Below are positions 19,400 to 27,907 of a stretch of DNA of 64,000 nt, piece by piece. How positions within the stretch are numbered: position 1 is the stretch's first letter; each line of letters starts with the position of its first letter. The DNA lies in assembly GCA_039188945.1 (NCBI GenBank), contig JBCCYW010000002.1:26449-90448 (forward strand), given 5' to 3'. This stretch comes from Patescibacteria group bacterium (lineage in GTDB: Bacteria > Patescibacteriota > Minisyncoccia > Phycocordibacterales > UBA918). A program made the translations under genes and the position numbers. Below the pieces are notes generated by a model, which was not told the DNA's origin, ran no database searches, and saw nothing but the letters and a program-made list of their open reading frames with translations.

Positions 19400-20224
19400 G
19401 TGTCTTACCGGTATACTAACCACATGTTTTGGACAGTCATCGGAATCGGCTTGCTCCTCTGGGTACTCTACGACCTCTATACCGGAGAAGTATGGAGTTA
19501 TCGAGCAATCAAGCGCAAAGAAGAACCGGGGCAATACTGGCTTTGGACGGCTATTTGGTTTGTGATTGCGCTCACCGTTCTCTACCCTTCTTTGCAGTAT
19601 TTCTCTGGCTCGCCTTATACCTATGTTGAAGATGGTGAAGAAGCCACTTCACTTGAAACGACAGCCACTGAATCACCAGAACCAGTCACCACACCCGAAG
19701 AGACTGCTCTCATCGAGCCAGACGGCCAGGAAACAGACTCCTGTGTAGTGCTTGAGGACTTCACTGGTACTTCGGGATTACGTTGGGGTACGGTAAACGA
19801 CGGCGTCATGGGTGGACTCTCCAGTGGCACGACGGTGATCTTGGATGAGAAACTCATCCATACTGGTACCATCAATACCAACGGCGGCGGCTTTTCCTAC
19901 ACTGGCACTCGCCTAACTGAAGATGCGTTGGTTGGATACAACAGTCTTAAAGTATTGCTCAACACCAACGGCAGAAGCTACGATGTAAACTTTAACGACG
20001 CGCGATACTGGCGCATCAACCACCAAACCCCCGTCCCTACAACGAGAGATAGTTGGCAGGAAGTGACGATTCATTTCTCTGATACCATACCAACTATTTT
20101 TAGTCGCCCAGTTGAAAGTGAGCCGTTTGCTGCAGCTGCGATAAGTGAACTCAACTTTATCTTAAGTGACGGCATTGATGGTCCGTTCCGGATGGAGATT
20201 GATTGGATTAAGGTCTGTTCATAA
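19400..20224 (+). CDS. Membrane-anchored CIA30-like domain protein (complex I intermediate-associated protein 30 family)
   Basis: WGTVNDGVMGGLSSG resembles the CIA30 core motif. N-terminal 2 TM, then an acidic T/P/E linker. Confidence 0.5.
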   Translation: MSYRYTNHMFWTVIGIGLLLWVLYDLYTGEVWSYRAIKRKEEPGQYWLWTAIWFVIALTVLYPSLQYFSGSPYTYVEDGEEATSLETTATESPEPVTTPEETALIEPDGQETDSCVVLEDFTGTSGLRWGTVNDGVMGGLSSGTTVILDEKLIHTGTINTNGGGFSYTGTRLTEDALVGYNSLKVLLNTNGRSYDVNFNDARYWRINHQTPVPTTRDSWQEVTIHFSDTIPTIFSRPVESEPFAAAAISELNFILSDGIDGPFRMEIDWIKVCS

Positions 20225-20286
20225 CGCACTGAAACATTTCCTAACCTTGCGTGTACTAAGAGGTGAACAGGTAATGAATTTTAGAT

Positions 20287-21108
20287 ATGTCACAAAAAAC
20301 GATTTTAATTACTGGCTCTTCAACTGGCATCGGCCGCGCTACTGCCCTGCATTTTCAGGAACAAGGCTGGAACGTGGTCGCTACCATGCGCTCACCAGAA
20401 AAAGAAGCAGAACTTACCAAGCTCGATAACGTCCTCGTTACCAAACTTGATGTCCAAGACGAAAGCACGATCGCCAGTGCTGTGAGTGAAACTATAGAAA
20501 AGTTTGGTCAGATTAATGTCTTGGTAAACAATGCTGGCTATGGTGCGATGGGTGCCCTGGAAGCGTTTGATATGGACGGTATTCGACGGCAATTCGATGT
20601 CAATGTCATCGGCCTATTGGCAGTCACCAAAGCAATTGTGCCGCACATGCGCGAACGTAAAGACGGCACCATCATCAACATCTCTTCCATTGGTGGCAAA
20701 ATGGCGTTCCCACTGCTTTCGCTCTACCATGGTACGAAGTTTGCAGTAGAAGGAATTTCTGAATCAATGGCCTATGAACTTGCTGAATTTGGGGTGAAGA
20801 TGAAGCTGGTTGAGCCTGGTGCGATCGCCACTGACTTCGGTAGCCGCTCAATGGATATGCAAAACGACGAATCACTCGAGGAGTACCAGCCGTTGGTCGG
20901 AAAAGTCGCCGGTGCTTTCCAAGCCATCTTAAGTGGTGGCGCTGCGCCAGCTTCAATTGTTGCCGAGACAATTTACGAAGCCGCGACTGATGGCACCAAT
21001 ACGCTGCGCTATCTGGTCGGCGAAGACGCCAAAGCCATCGCCGCCAACCGAGCCAGCCAAGATGATGCGGCCTTCACCACCGGCATTAAATCACAATTTA
21101 ATCTCTAA
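20287..21108 (+). CDS. Short-chain dehydrogenase/reductase (SDR family oxidoreductase)
   Basis: TGSSTGIGRA Rossmann motif, NNAG, and catalytic S...YxxxK (YHGTKFAVEG). Confidence 0.85.
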   Translation: MSQKTILITGSSTGIGRATALHFQEQGWNVVATMRSPEKEAELTKLDNVLVTKLDVQDESTIASAVSETIEKFGQINVLVNNAGYGAMGALEAFDMDGIRRQFDVNVIGLLAVTKAIVPHMRERKDGTIINISSIGGKMAFPLLSLYHGTKFAVEGISESMAYELAEFGVKMKLVEPGAIATDFGSRSMDMQNDESLEEYQPLVGKVAGAFQAILSGGAAPASIVAETIYEAATDGTNTLRYLVGEDAKAIAANRASQDDAAFTTGIKSQFNL

Positions 21109-21127
21109 AAAATGTACAAACCACTAG

Positions 21128-21487
21128 CTACTGTTTCTTGCAACACGTTCCGCGAACGGTCACTTCTAGTTCGCCGATTTCAAAACCATCGAGACCGAGC
21201 AACTCTTTAATCTTTTTATCCGGGGCATTAAAGTGCATTACTTTTTTACATTCACCACAAACCGCGTGGTGATGAGAAGCTGACTTTAGTTCGTATTGAG
21301 CCTCCTTACCGCCAAGCTGTAGTTTCTTCACCACGCCATCCTCGACAAACAACTCTAAGTTGCGATAGATTGTCGCCAAATCAATTTCGGGCAGTCGCTC
21401 ATGCAGCTGTGCCGCTGAAAGTGCGCAAATTTCTTGCTGCAGCAACGAAAGAATTTGTTCTCGCTTTTTACTATGTCGTCTAGTCAT
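21128..21487 (-). CDS. Fur-family metalloregulator (Zur/Nur-like by context)
   Basis: Fur signature HHHAVCGECKKV plus a C-terminal CC pair. Last gene of the COG0523 cluster. A 6-2-6 inverted repeat AAATACgtGTATTT lies at its start codon. Confidence 0.85.
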   Translation of the reverse strand: MTRRHSKKREQILSLLQQEICALSAAQLHERLPEIDLATIYRNLELFVEDGVVKKLQLGGKEAQYELKSASHHHAVCGECKKVMHFNAPDKKIKELLGLDGFEIGELEVTVRGTCCKKQ

Positions 21488-21559
21488 AAATACGTGTATT
21501 TAGTATGAAAATGGTCCGCCGCCAGCTAGGTACGGCGGACCGAGGATTTGTGTGGCAGC

Positions 21560-22360
21560 TTACTCTACAGCCACAAGCTCAGCTTCTTCGCCGAGCAGGA
21601 AGCGACGGGCTTCCTCGGCGTGATGACCGAAGTCACCAAGCTTACGTTGCGCCACGATAGCTTCGGTTGAAGCTTCCGTAAAACGCAGGTAGCTCTTCAC
21701 TTCTGCCGAACCAAAGTCGGCAGAAGCGGCGAGAATTGCCGGTGGCACATCCCGGACAGAAATTCCGTCCCAAAGTGAGTTGCCAACCGTCAACACGTCA
21801 GCGTCGAAGAATCGACCCTTGCTCTCGCGAGTGTTGTAGTAGTCAGACTCGAAGAGAACATCCAGATCGTCAGTGGCAACTGCGATCTTACAACAGCTGC
21901 AACCAGCAACTATCTGAATGCCAAACTCCTGATCCAGCAAACGGTTGAGTTTGCGCATGCCAGCAGTACGCAGCGCCAGTTTCTCCATCGGACCATGCAG
22001 CAGCTCGGTTTCGTGGGTTTTTACCCGCATTACCCGGTCATGCTTTTTGGACCAGAAGAGGATGGACAACGGGTTGGCCGCCAGCTTGAAGCCAACGCCT
22101 CGAATCTTCGAGAACGAGCCCTCGAGATAGCGCTGCGTCAGCTCCGCGACACCGGCAACCTCCAAGAGGCGCGGTTCATTGAGAAGATCGCCGATTTTGG
22201 CAATCAAAGACTCGCCGACAAGCGGGCAGTACTTAGCCAGTACCTTGGCGTCATTCGGGACATAGTAGCCCCAAATTGTACGTGTTCCGTCCTCGTTGAG
22301 GGCGGGATTGGCCTTGGCAGCCGGTTGCAGTCGGTCGTAGAAGTCACAGACTTCGCACAT
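21560..22360 (-). CDS. Hypothetical Cys-rich protein (266 aa), candidate client or partner of the adjacent metallochaperones
   Basis: N-terminal CEVC and internal GCSCC motifs. No family recognised. Followed by a 9-bp-stem hairpin at 21520-21548. Confidence 0.45.
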   Translation of the reverse strand: MCEVCDFYDRLQPAAKANPALNEDGTRTIWGYYVPNDAKVLAKYCPLVGESLIAKIGDLLNEPRLLEVAGVAELTQRYLEGSFSKIRGVGFKLAANPLSILFWSKKHDRVMRVKTHETELLHGPMEKLALRTAGMRKLNRLLDQEFGIQIVAGCSCCKIAVATDDLDVLFESDYYNTRESKGRFFDADVLTVGNSLWDGISVRDVPPAILAASADFGSAEVKSYLRFTEASTEAIVAQRKLGDFGHHAEEARRFLLGEEAELVAVE

Positions 22361-22463
22361 GGTTCACCTCACGGGTTTGATGGTTTGTTGGGTACGTGTT
22401 TTGACACTGTCATCAGTGTTGCAGGGGGCATTTCAAATGAAATAACCCCTGTGGCACCGACGA

Positions 22464-23312
22464 CTATACAGCTGCAAATTCCCGATTACGCTTGAACTTT
22501 TTTACAGTCCGTTCCAAGCGGTTATTCTTGTGAACCTCTATCGCCTTTGTAGAAATCATTTGCAATTCGTTGGCCCACTCCCCGACAACGGACGAAGGGT
22601 CTCGTTTAAGGCCAGTGCTTTCCATCAAAAACGCCGCTGGCTCAACTCCTAGTTTTGAATCAATGAAATCTTTATCTTCACTTGAAGTCACTTTATTCCC
22701 AACAAAAATGTACGGGGTTTCGTAGAAGTTCATCAACTCTGCGATCTGCTTGGCCGTCTTTACGCTATGAAGTGCTGGCTCACACACAATCACACCCACA
22801 TCGATACCAGTCACAATGCCAGTTGAAACACCGTCTGCACCAGCCTTTTCGTCTACGATCACAGTTTCGTTCTCCTGTAGCTCTAAGAGCGGTAGGAGGA
22901 TCTTAAGCGGAGTTGTGAGACTGTGACTGCAGTGCGTGCCATAGAGTACGCTATCTGTCTGAGGACCAGCAGCCATCAACCTAATACCATTTTCAAGCTC
23001 TCGAGAATAGTCTGCAATCTCATTTGATAGTGGTGACAAAGAAAAACGAGTATCTGTATTCTTAAGAAATGCCTGATCGTACTTCTCACCCTCTGAAAGT
23101 CCAGCCGCACTTTGCAGTGTGCTAAGGCTCTGACTAAAATACTTGAGCTCTAACAACTCGCCTGAGGTGAGGTTGTATGAAAGATCCATATTGTGATCAG
23201 CATCAATTGCCAGCACTGACTTTTTTTGGTCATTGAGAAAAAGCGCCATCTGTGTCGAAACAGATGATTTGCCACTTCCTCCTTTACCTAGAAATCCTAA
23301 AATCATAGTCAT
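22464..23312 (-). CDS. ParA/MinD/CooC-type P-loop ATPase (deviant Walker A)
   Basis: GFLGKGGSGKSSV matches the deviant Walker A KGGxGK[ST]. Size and context fit a CooC-like metallocentre-assembly ATPase. A Cys/His motif HCSH is present. Confidence 0.7.
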   Translation of the reverse strand: MTMILGFLGKGGSGKSSVSTQMALFLNDQKKSVLAIDADHNMDLSYNLTSGELLELKYFSQSLSTLQSAAGLSEGEKYDQAFLKNTDTRFSLSPLSNEIADYSRELENGIRLMAAGPQTDSVLYGTHCSHSLTTPLKILLPLLELQENETVIVDEKAGADGVSTGIVTGIDVGVIVCEPALHSVKTAKQIAELMNFYETPYIFVGNKVTSSEDKDFIDSKLGVEPAAFLMESTGLKRDPSSVVGEWANELQMISTKAIEVHKNNRLERTVKKFKRNREFAAV

Positions 23313-23315
23313 TCA

Positions 23316-24509
23316 CTACCACTCAGAAAACGGATCTTCAAACGTGCGCCACCCAGTTACCCCGAGCTGCCACTCTTCATCCGTCAGCAAACATTTGTTG
23401 AGACTTTCGGTAATTGCCTCTTTGTTCATATCAATGCCGATAAATACGAGTTCTTGGCGATGATCAAAGTACGGCGCTTGCCAATGTTTCTCAACTGCCT
23501 GTTGCTTGATCATGTCTGGCCATTGATTTGGGTCAATGATACCCCACCACCAACCAGCGGCGCGCAGCGACAGCAGTGTGCCAGCCAGCGAGAGATCACC
23601 GGCTTGCTCAAAGCGAGTCGCCAGCCAGAAGAGCCCCTTAGCCCGCACCACTGTCTTGGGAATACTTCCCGTCCACTCTTGAAAACGTTGTGGATGGAAC
23701 GGTCGATCAGCTTTGTAGACAAAACTATCAATACCGTACTCGAGCGTTTCTGGCACATGCTCGCCACGCAATTCCTTCAGCCACATCGGCGCGAGCGCCG
23801 CCTTTTCAAAATCAAATAGGCCAGTGTTCACGATCTTCTTGAGTGGCACCTCAGAATAATTAGTTTCGATGATCTCAGCGTCAGTATTGAGCGACTTAAT
23901 CACCCCAAGAATCTTCTGCTGTTCTGCTTCAGAAACATCAGCCACTTTGTTGAGAATAATGATGTTGGCAAACTCAATTTGATCAGTCAGGAGATTGACA
24001 ATATCTCGCTCGTCTTCTTCGCCGAGTGACTCACCTCGCTCTTGTAAGGTCTCGCGTGAGTTCCAGTTCTCCAAAAAATTCACGGCATCTACCACTGTCA
24101 CCATGGTGTCTAGCTTGGCAAAGTCTTTGAGAATATCACCGCTCTCATCATCAAACGTGAAGGTTTCTGCCACCTGCATTGGCTCACCAATTCCGGTTGA
24201 TTCAATAATCAAGTAATCAAACTTACCTTCCTGCGCAAGACGCTTTACCTCAATCAAAAGATCTTCGCGAAGTGTGCAACAAATACAGCCATTGCTCATC
24301 TCTACCAACTTTTCTTCAGTTCGGCTGAGCTCAGCGTCACCGCGTGCCACGATATCAGCGTCGATGTTGACCTCAGACATGTCGTTTACGATGACAGCTA
24401 CCTTAAGACCTTCGCGATTACGAAGGATGTGATTGAGTAAGGTCGTTTTACCACTACCGAGAAAGCCTGAGAGAACGGTTACTGGTAGTCGAGAATCGTT
24501 TGTTTCCAT
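23316..24509 (-). CDS. COG0523-family G3E GTPase (CobW/YciC/ZigA-like metallochaperone)
   Basis: P-loop GFLGSGKTT, metal-binding [10 protein letters not shown] (CxCC), and the C-terminal CobW_C-like domain. Confidence 0.85.
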   Translation of the reverse strand: METNDSRLPVTVLSGFLGSGKTTLLNHILRNREGLKVAVIVNDMSEVNIDADIVARGDAELSRTEEKLVEMSNGCICCTLREDLLIEVKRLAQEGKFDYLIIESTGIGEPMQVAETFTFDDESGDILKDFAKLDTMVTVVDAVNFLENWNSRETLQERGESLGEEDERDIVNLLTDQIEFANIIILNKVADVSEAEQQKILGVIKSLNTDAEIIETNYSEVPLKKIVNTGLFDFEKAALAPMWLKELRGEHVPETLEYGIDSFVYKADRPFHPQRFQEWTGSIPKTVVRAKGLFWLATRFEQAGDLSLAGTLLSLRAAGWWWGIIDPNQWPDMIKQQAVEKHWQAPYFDHRQELVFIGIDMNKEAITESLNKCLLTDEEWQLGVTGWRTFEDPFSEW

Positions 24510-24555
24510 AGTTCAAAATATACGTGAGCCAAAATAATACCGCACCCCAGTAATA

Positions 24556-24571
24556 TTGCAAATCATTTGCA
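24556..24571. promoter_or_regulatory. Candidate Fur/Zur-family operator upstream of the COG0523 operon
   Basis: TTGCAAATcATTTGCA, a 7-1-7 palindrome of the AT-rich ATcAT-centred type. It lies 47 nt upstream of the COG0523 start, in the divergent region shared with the 24610 gene. Confidence 0.4.
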
Positions 24572-24609
24572 TTTAGAAACACCTGGCTAAGTTCTTCCTT
24601 TTTGCTATA

Positions 24610-25203
24610 GTGCGAGTAATGAATGAACATATTAAATTAGCGCTGGCGTTTGGAGCTGGCGTCGTGCTCACCCTGGTTTTTCTTTCCCTTACCAAAAGTG
24701 CCGAGGCACCATCTGAAGTAGATATTATTGAAGTAACCCAGACTGAAGAAGCTGATAGTGCAACAACATCTAATGAGGACGCTGCAGAGACAACCCAACA
24801 AAGTCCTACAGCCTTATCACCTACCCCAGCTCCTGTAGCTGCACCACCAGTAGTACAAGAAACCTATCCCACCAGTGCTTTAGTGCGTTTTACCGGACGG
24901 CAGTTTGAACCTGAGACCGTGCTCATTGTTGAAGGTGGGCGGGTGACCTTTCAAAACACCAGCGATGACGATTTGATGCATATTATTAGTGGTCCAATTC
25001 CTCGTTATGATGCCTATCCAGGCAACGGCCGCCCCGGCTGCGCCCCAACCTTGTTTGATCAGTGTAATTCAGTAGCTCCAGGTGGCACGTGGAGCTTTAC
25101 CTTTGATGAACTTGGTGGTTGGACCTACTACAACAAAGAGGATCAGGTGTTCTCAGGGCGAGTCCGTGTTCTCACTCGCGAGCAATTCGATAATGAGTTT
25201 TAG
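24610..25203 (+). CDS. Hypothetical secreted/membrane-anchored protein
   Basis: Signal/anchor sequence, Thr/Pro/Ala-rich linker, and a C-terminal globular domain with 2 Cys. A terminator hairpin follows. Confidence 0.5.
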   Translation: MRVMNEHIKLALAFGAGVVLTLVFLSLTKSAEAPSEVDIIEVTQTEEADSATTSNEDAAETTQQSPTALSPTPAPVAAPPVVQETYPTSALVRFTGRQFEPETVLIVEGGRVTFQNTSDDDLMHIISGPIPRYDAYPGNGRPGCAPTLFDQCNSVAPGGTWSFTFDELGGWTYYNKEDQVFSGRVRVLTREQFDNEF

Positions 25204-25210
25204 AACGAAA

Positions 25211-25240
25211 TAAGCCCCACTGCTGTGGGACTTATTGTTC
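25211..25240. terminator. Bidirectional terminator hairpin
   Basis: ataagccccacTGCTgtgggacttat. Confidence 0.5.
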
Positions 25241-25260
25241 GCATAATCTACCAGTTGAGC

Positions 25261-25521
25261 CTACTTGCTTGAGTCGCCCTGTAGCAGCTTAAGCAATTGA
25301 TTGAGAGTCATTTCTCCTGACAAATCTGCAGCTTCTGGTGGATTTTCGATGACACCAGCATTCTCAATCGCAGTTGCGATATCAAAGAAGTCTGCATCAT
25401 CTAGATCCAACTCAGCAAAGGTTTTGTCGGCGTCACCTCGCTTAAGCTCCTTTTCTGCAGGCAAGGCTTTATTGATGGTTTCAAGCAACCAATTCAGGCT
25501 GATTTCGACAAGCTGTGTCAC
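25261..25521 (-). CDS. Acyl-carrier-protein-like small acidic protein lacking the phosphopantetheine-site Ser
   Basis: Helix-II-like segment ELDLDDADFFDIATAIE aligns to the ACP block DLGADSLDTVELVM, with Asp in place of the modified Ser. Low-confidence homology. Confidence 0.35.
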   Translation of the reverse strand: MTQLVEISLNWLLETINKALPAEKELKRGDADKTFAELDLDDADFFDIATAIENAGVIENPPEAADLSGEMTLNQLLKLLQGDSSK

Positions 25522-25571
25522 GCTGTTCTCCTTTTGAATCTATTCCGTTCTGTATCGTATCAAATAAAAAA

Positions 25572-26717
25572 TTATTTGATAGCATTCGCCACCTTCTTCA
25601 CCAAGCCCGGGGCATTGTTGGTTGGGATGATGGTATTCTCGTCTGGTTTTTTAATCATCCCCGCAATCTGCTCGGCCGCCTTCAATTTCATCTTATCGGT
25701 GATTTTGATGACCTTATTATCGAGGGCACCCCGGAAAATACCTGGGAACGCGAGTGAGTTATTCACTTGATTAGGAAAATCTGAGCGTCCAGTCGCCACA
25801 ATGCGAGCACCGGCGCGCTTCGCGACATCAGGCATGATCTCGGGAATCGGATTGGCCAGGGCAAACACAATACTATCGGGAGCCAATCGTTCGATATGAG
25901 CCGGCGCAATTGTACCCGGGCCTGATACACCGATGAGCACATCGGCGCCCTCAACAATTGCTTGGACATCTCCCTTTATCTTGTGTGGGTTGGTGATGGC
26001 GGCGAGGTCTTTTTTGTAGCCAGAGAGGCCCGGGCGGCCGGCATAGATGGCCCCTTTACTGTCTGACACAATGATTTCTTTAATACCAGCCTCACGCATC
26101 AGAAGCGTGACCGCTCGGCCGGCCGCCCCAGCCCCTACCACCACAACTCGTAGTTTCTTGAGCGGTTTTTTTACGACCTTGGCAGCATTTATAAGTCCGG
26201 CTAAGACCACGATTGCCGTCCCATGCTGATCATCATGCATCACCGGGATAGCAAGCTCAGCCTTCAAGCGCTCTTCAATCGTAAAACACTTCGGCGCCGC
26301 AATATCTTCTAGGTTGATCCCACCAAACCCTGGCGCAATTGCTTTTACCGCAGCGACAATCTCGTCTTCTGTATGCGCATCGAGCACAATTGGCCACGCA
26401 TCAATATCGGCCAGCTCCTTAAAAATCGCCGCCTTTCCTTCCATCACGGGCATCGCCCCTAAGGGACCGATATCACCGAGCCCCAGCACCGCCGAACCAT
26501 CAGACACCACCGCCACCGTATTGCCTTTAGTGGTATAGGTACGAGCGTCTTGCGGCTTCTTAGCAACATGCGAAGACACCGCGGCTACACCAGGTGTGTA
26601 CATGGTGCTCCAGTCGGTTTTGGTCACCAGTCTACCTTTACTCTTCACCTCAATCTTGCCGCGGTGTTTTTTATGCAACTTCAATGCCAGTTCGTTATAG
26701 TTTGGTTTTTTTGCCAT
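25572..26717 (-). CDS. NAD(P)-dependent malic enzyme (malate dehydrogenase, oxaloacetate-decarboxylating), short form
   Basis: Malic-enzyme N-terminal block YTPGVA, dinucleotide motif VVVVGAGAAGRAV, and 381-aa length typical of MaeB-type small malic enzymes. Confidence 0.85.
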   Translation of the reverse strand: MAKKPNYNELALKLHKKHRGKIEVKSKGRLVTKTDWSTMYTPGVAAVSSHVAKKPQDARTYTTKGNTVAVVSDGSAVLGLGDIGPLGAMPVMEGKAAIFKELADIDAWPIVLDAHTEDEIVAAVKAIAPGFGGINLEDIAAPKCFTIEERLKAELAIPVMHDDQHGTAIVVLAGLINAAKVVKKPLKKLRVVVVGAGAAGRAVTLLMREAGIKEIIVSDSKGAIYAGRPGLSGYKKDLAAITNPHKIKGDVQAIVEGADVLIGVSGPGTIAPAHIERLAPDSIVFALANPIPEIMPDVAKRAGARIVATGRSDFPNQVNNSLAFPGIFRGALDNKVIKITDKMKLKAAEQIAGMIKKPDENTIIPTNNAPGLVKKVANAIK

Positions 26718-26817
26718 ATGTTTTATGAAAATGTATTACCTTATTTGCTACGCATTAATCGCCACAATAATACACGAGGGCCGCGGCGAATGCTCACCAC
26801 GGCCCTGCCGCACCATC

Positions 26818-27129
26818 TCATGAGTCCGGACTAACATACTCAATAACATCGCCCACTGTCTTGAGTCTTTCTGTATCCTCAAGCGTGATGTCAATGTCGC
26901 ACTGTTTCTCCAACTCCATCACAAAATTTAAGAATGCAGTTGAATCAATCCCAAGATCATCTGTGAAGCTGTGTCCAGCCAGAGACCCTTTTTCATCACT
27001 GCCACTTTGAGACCTCTCGATCTGCATTCTCACTCTTTTCTGTATCCCTGGATGCAGGGAAAGCGACTCAAGCAAGGCTCGCAAGACAAAGTTTTCGTCA
27101 CGCCCAACCTCTTGGTGTGCCACTACCAT
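26818..27129 (-). CDS. acpP: Acyl carrier protein
   Basis: SFTDDLGIDSTAFLNFVMELEKQCDIDITLED...TVGDVIEYV, the canonical DSL-type phosphopantetheine attachment block. Strong RBS aaaggagagaaacATG. Confidence 0.65.
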   Translation of the reverse strand: MVVAHQEVGRDENFVLRALLESLSLHPGIQKRVRMQIERSQSGSDEKGSLAGHSFTDDLGIDSTAFLNFVMELEKQCDIDITLEDTERLKTVGDVIEYVSPDS

Positions 27130-27294
27130 GTTTCTCTCCTTTTGACTGGCTTGGTTTTTATTCGATTATTCCAGAGACAACAATATCAAAAAATTGTCAA
27201 ATGTACAGAGGTATTAATAAACCCCGCGAACGTGGGTTCTAGCGGGGTGGTTGGGGGTCGGCACATGGCCGCCCCCTGATGTGTCGACCTTGAC

Positions 27295-27432
27295 CTAGCG
27301 TTCGTGCCGGCTGCCGGTCGCGATGTCCTGATCCGCGACGTTGAAGTTGTTCGTCAGAGCGGTTGCAGCGCCACACATCTCGCCCGGGTCGCAGCAGGTC
27401 GCCATCATCGCCGTTTTCATATTCCGTTCCAT
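27295..27432 (-). CDS. Small Cys-containing peptide (45 aa) in a GC-rich cassette
   Basis: MERNMKTAMMATCCDPGEMCGAATALTNNFNVADQDIATGSRHER. Strong RBS GAGGAGaagaagATG. Two GC-rich hairpins follow, the second with a T-tract. GC3 of about 70% versus roughly 50% for the host. The track's 78-aa ORF is the same frame extended upstream. Confidence 0.35.
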   Translation of the reverse strand: MERNMKTAMMATCCDPGEMCGAATALTNNFNVADQDIATGSRHER

Positions 27433-27603
27433 CTTCTTCTCCTCAAGATCCTGGGCCACTCTGTGACCCTTTCGCGTTCCGGCCCCAAAATCGGGCCGTC
27501 CTTGCACTATAGCCTGCCTCCCAAAACACACAACCCTCTTTCTATGGTCTGGTTTGAATAGTAATGATTTTAAGGATTTGTCAAATTTTGTCCCAAACAG
27601 TAG

Positions 27604-27629
27604 TGGCCCGATGTTTTAAACATCGGGCC
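27604..27629. promoter_or_regulatory. Near-perfect 25-nt palindrome (operator/hairpin candidate) between the 77-aa ORF and the peptide gene
   Basis: ggcccgatgttttaaacatcgggcc. Confidence 0.4.
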
Positions 27630-27849
27630 GCAGGTTAATTTGAGGCAGTTGGAGGCGAACATAGGCAGGAAACAAACCGTCCCAGCTAGCGACGCGGTCG
27701 CTTTCATCAACTTCAGCTGTAGTGTTGGGCGCACTCCGCATCCTCGCGCGAATGTAGTCACCAACAAGACTTCTGTTAGTTGCTACCAAAATCATTCTCC
27801 CTGTCTCAGAGCATCGAACGTAAAGTTCGAAAAAACGTGTATTTCTCAT
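27616..27849 (-). CDS. Hypothetical 77-aa protein upstream of the Cys peptide
   Basis: RBS aaagggagaaatcagATG. No family recognised. The stop codon lies within a 25-nt palindrome. Confidence 0.3.
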   Translation of the reverse strand: MRNTRFFELYVRCSETGRMILVATNRSLVGDYIRARMRSAPNTTAEVDESDRVASWDGLFPAYVRLQLPQINLRPDV

Positions 27850-27907
27850 CTGATTTCTCCCTTTTCTTCTTTCAACGTAACGACTTATAGCCTAAAAGTA
27901 AAGCTTT

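Noticed and set aside
24610-25203. Cupredoxin/type-1 copper site in the secreted protein (H...C pattern)
   Set aside because: No His/Met ligands follow the Cys, and the spacing does not match plastocyanin-like sites.
27230-27560. GC-rich region considered as tmRNA, RNase P RNA or SRP RNA
   Set aside because: The real tmRNA is at 39244-39637. No P4/GGAAAGTCCGG-type RNase P motifs or the SRP domain-IV GGAAGCAGCC motif are present. A coding interpretation with strong RBS and terminator fits better, though a structured RNA is not fully excluded.
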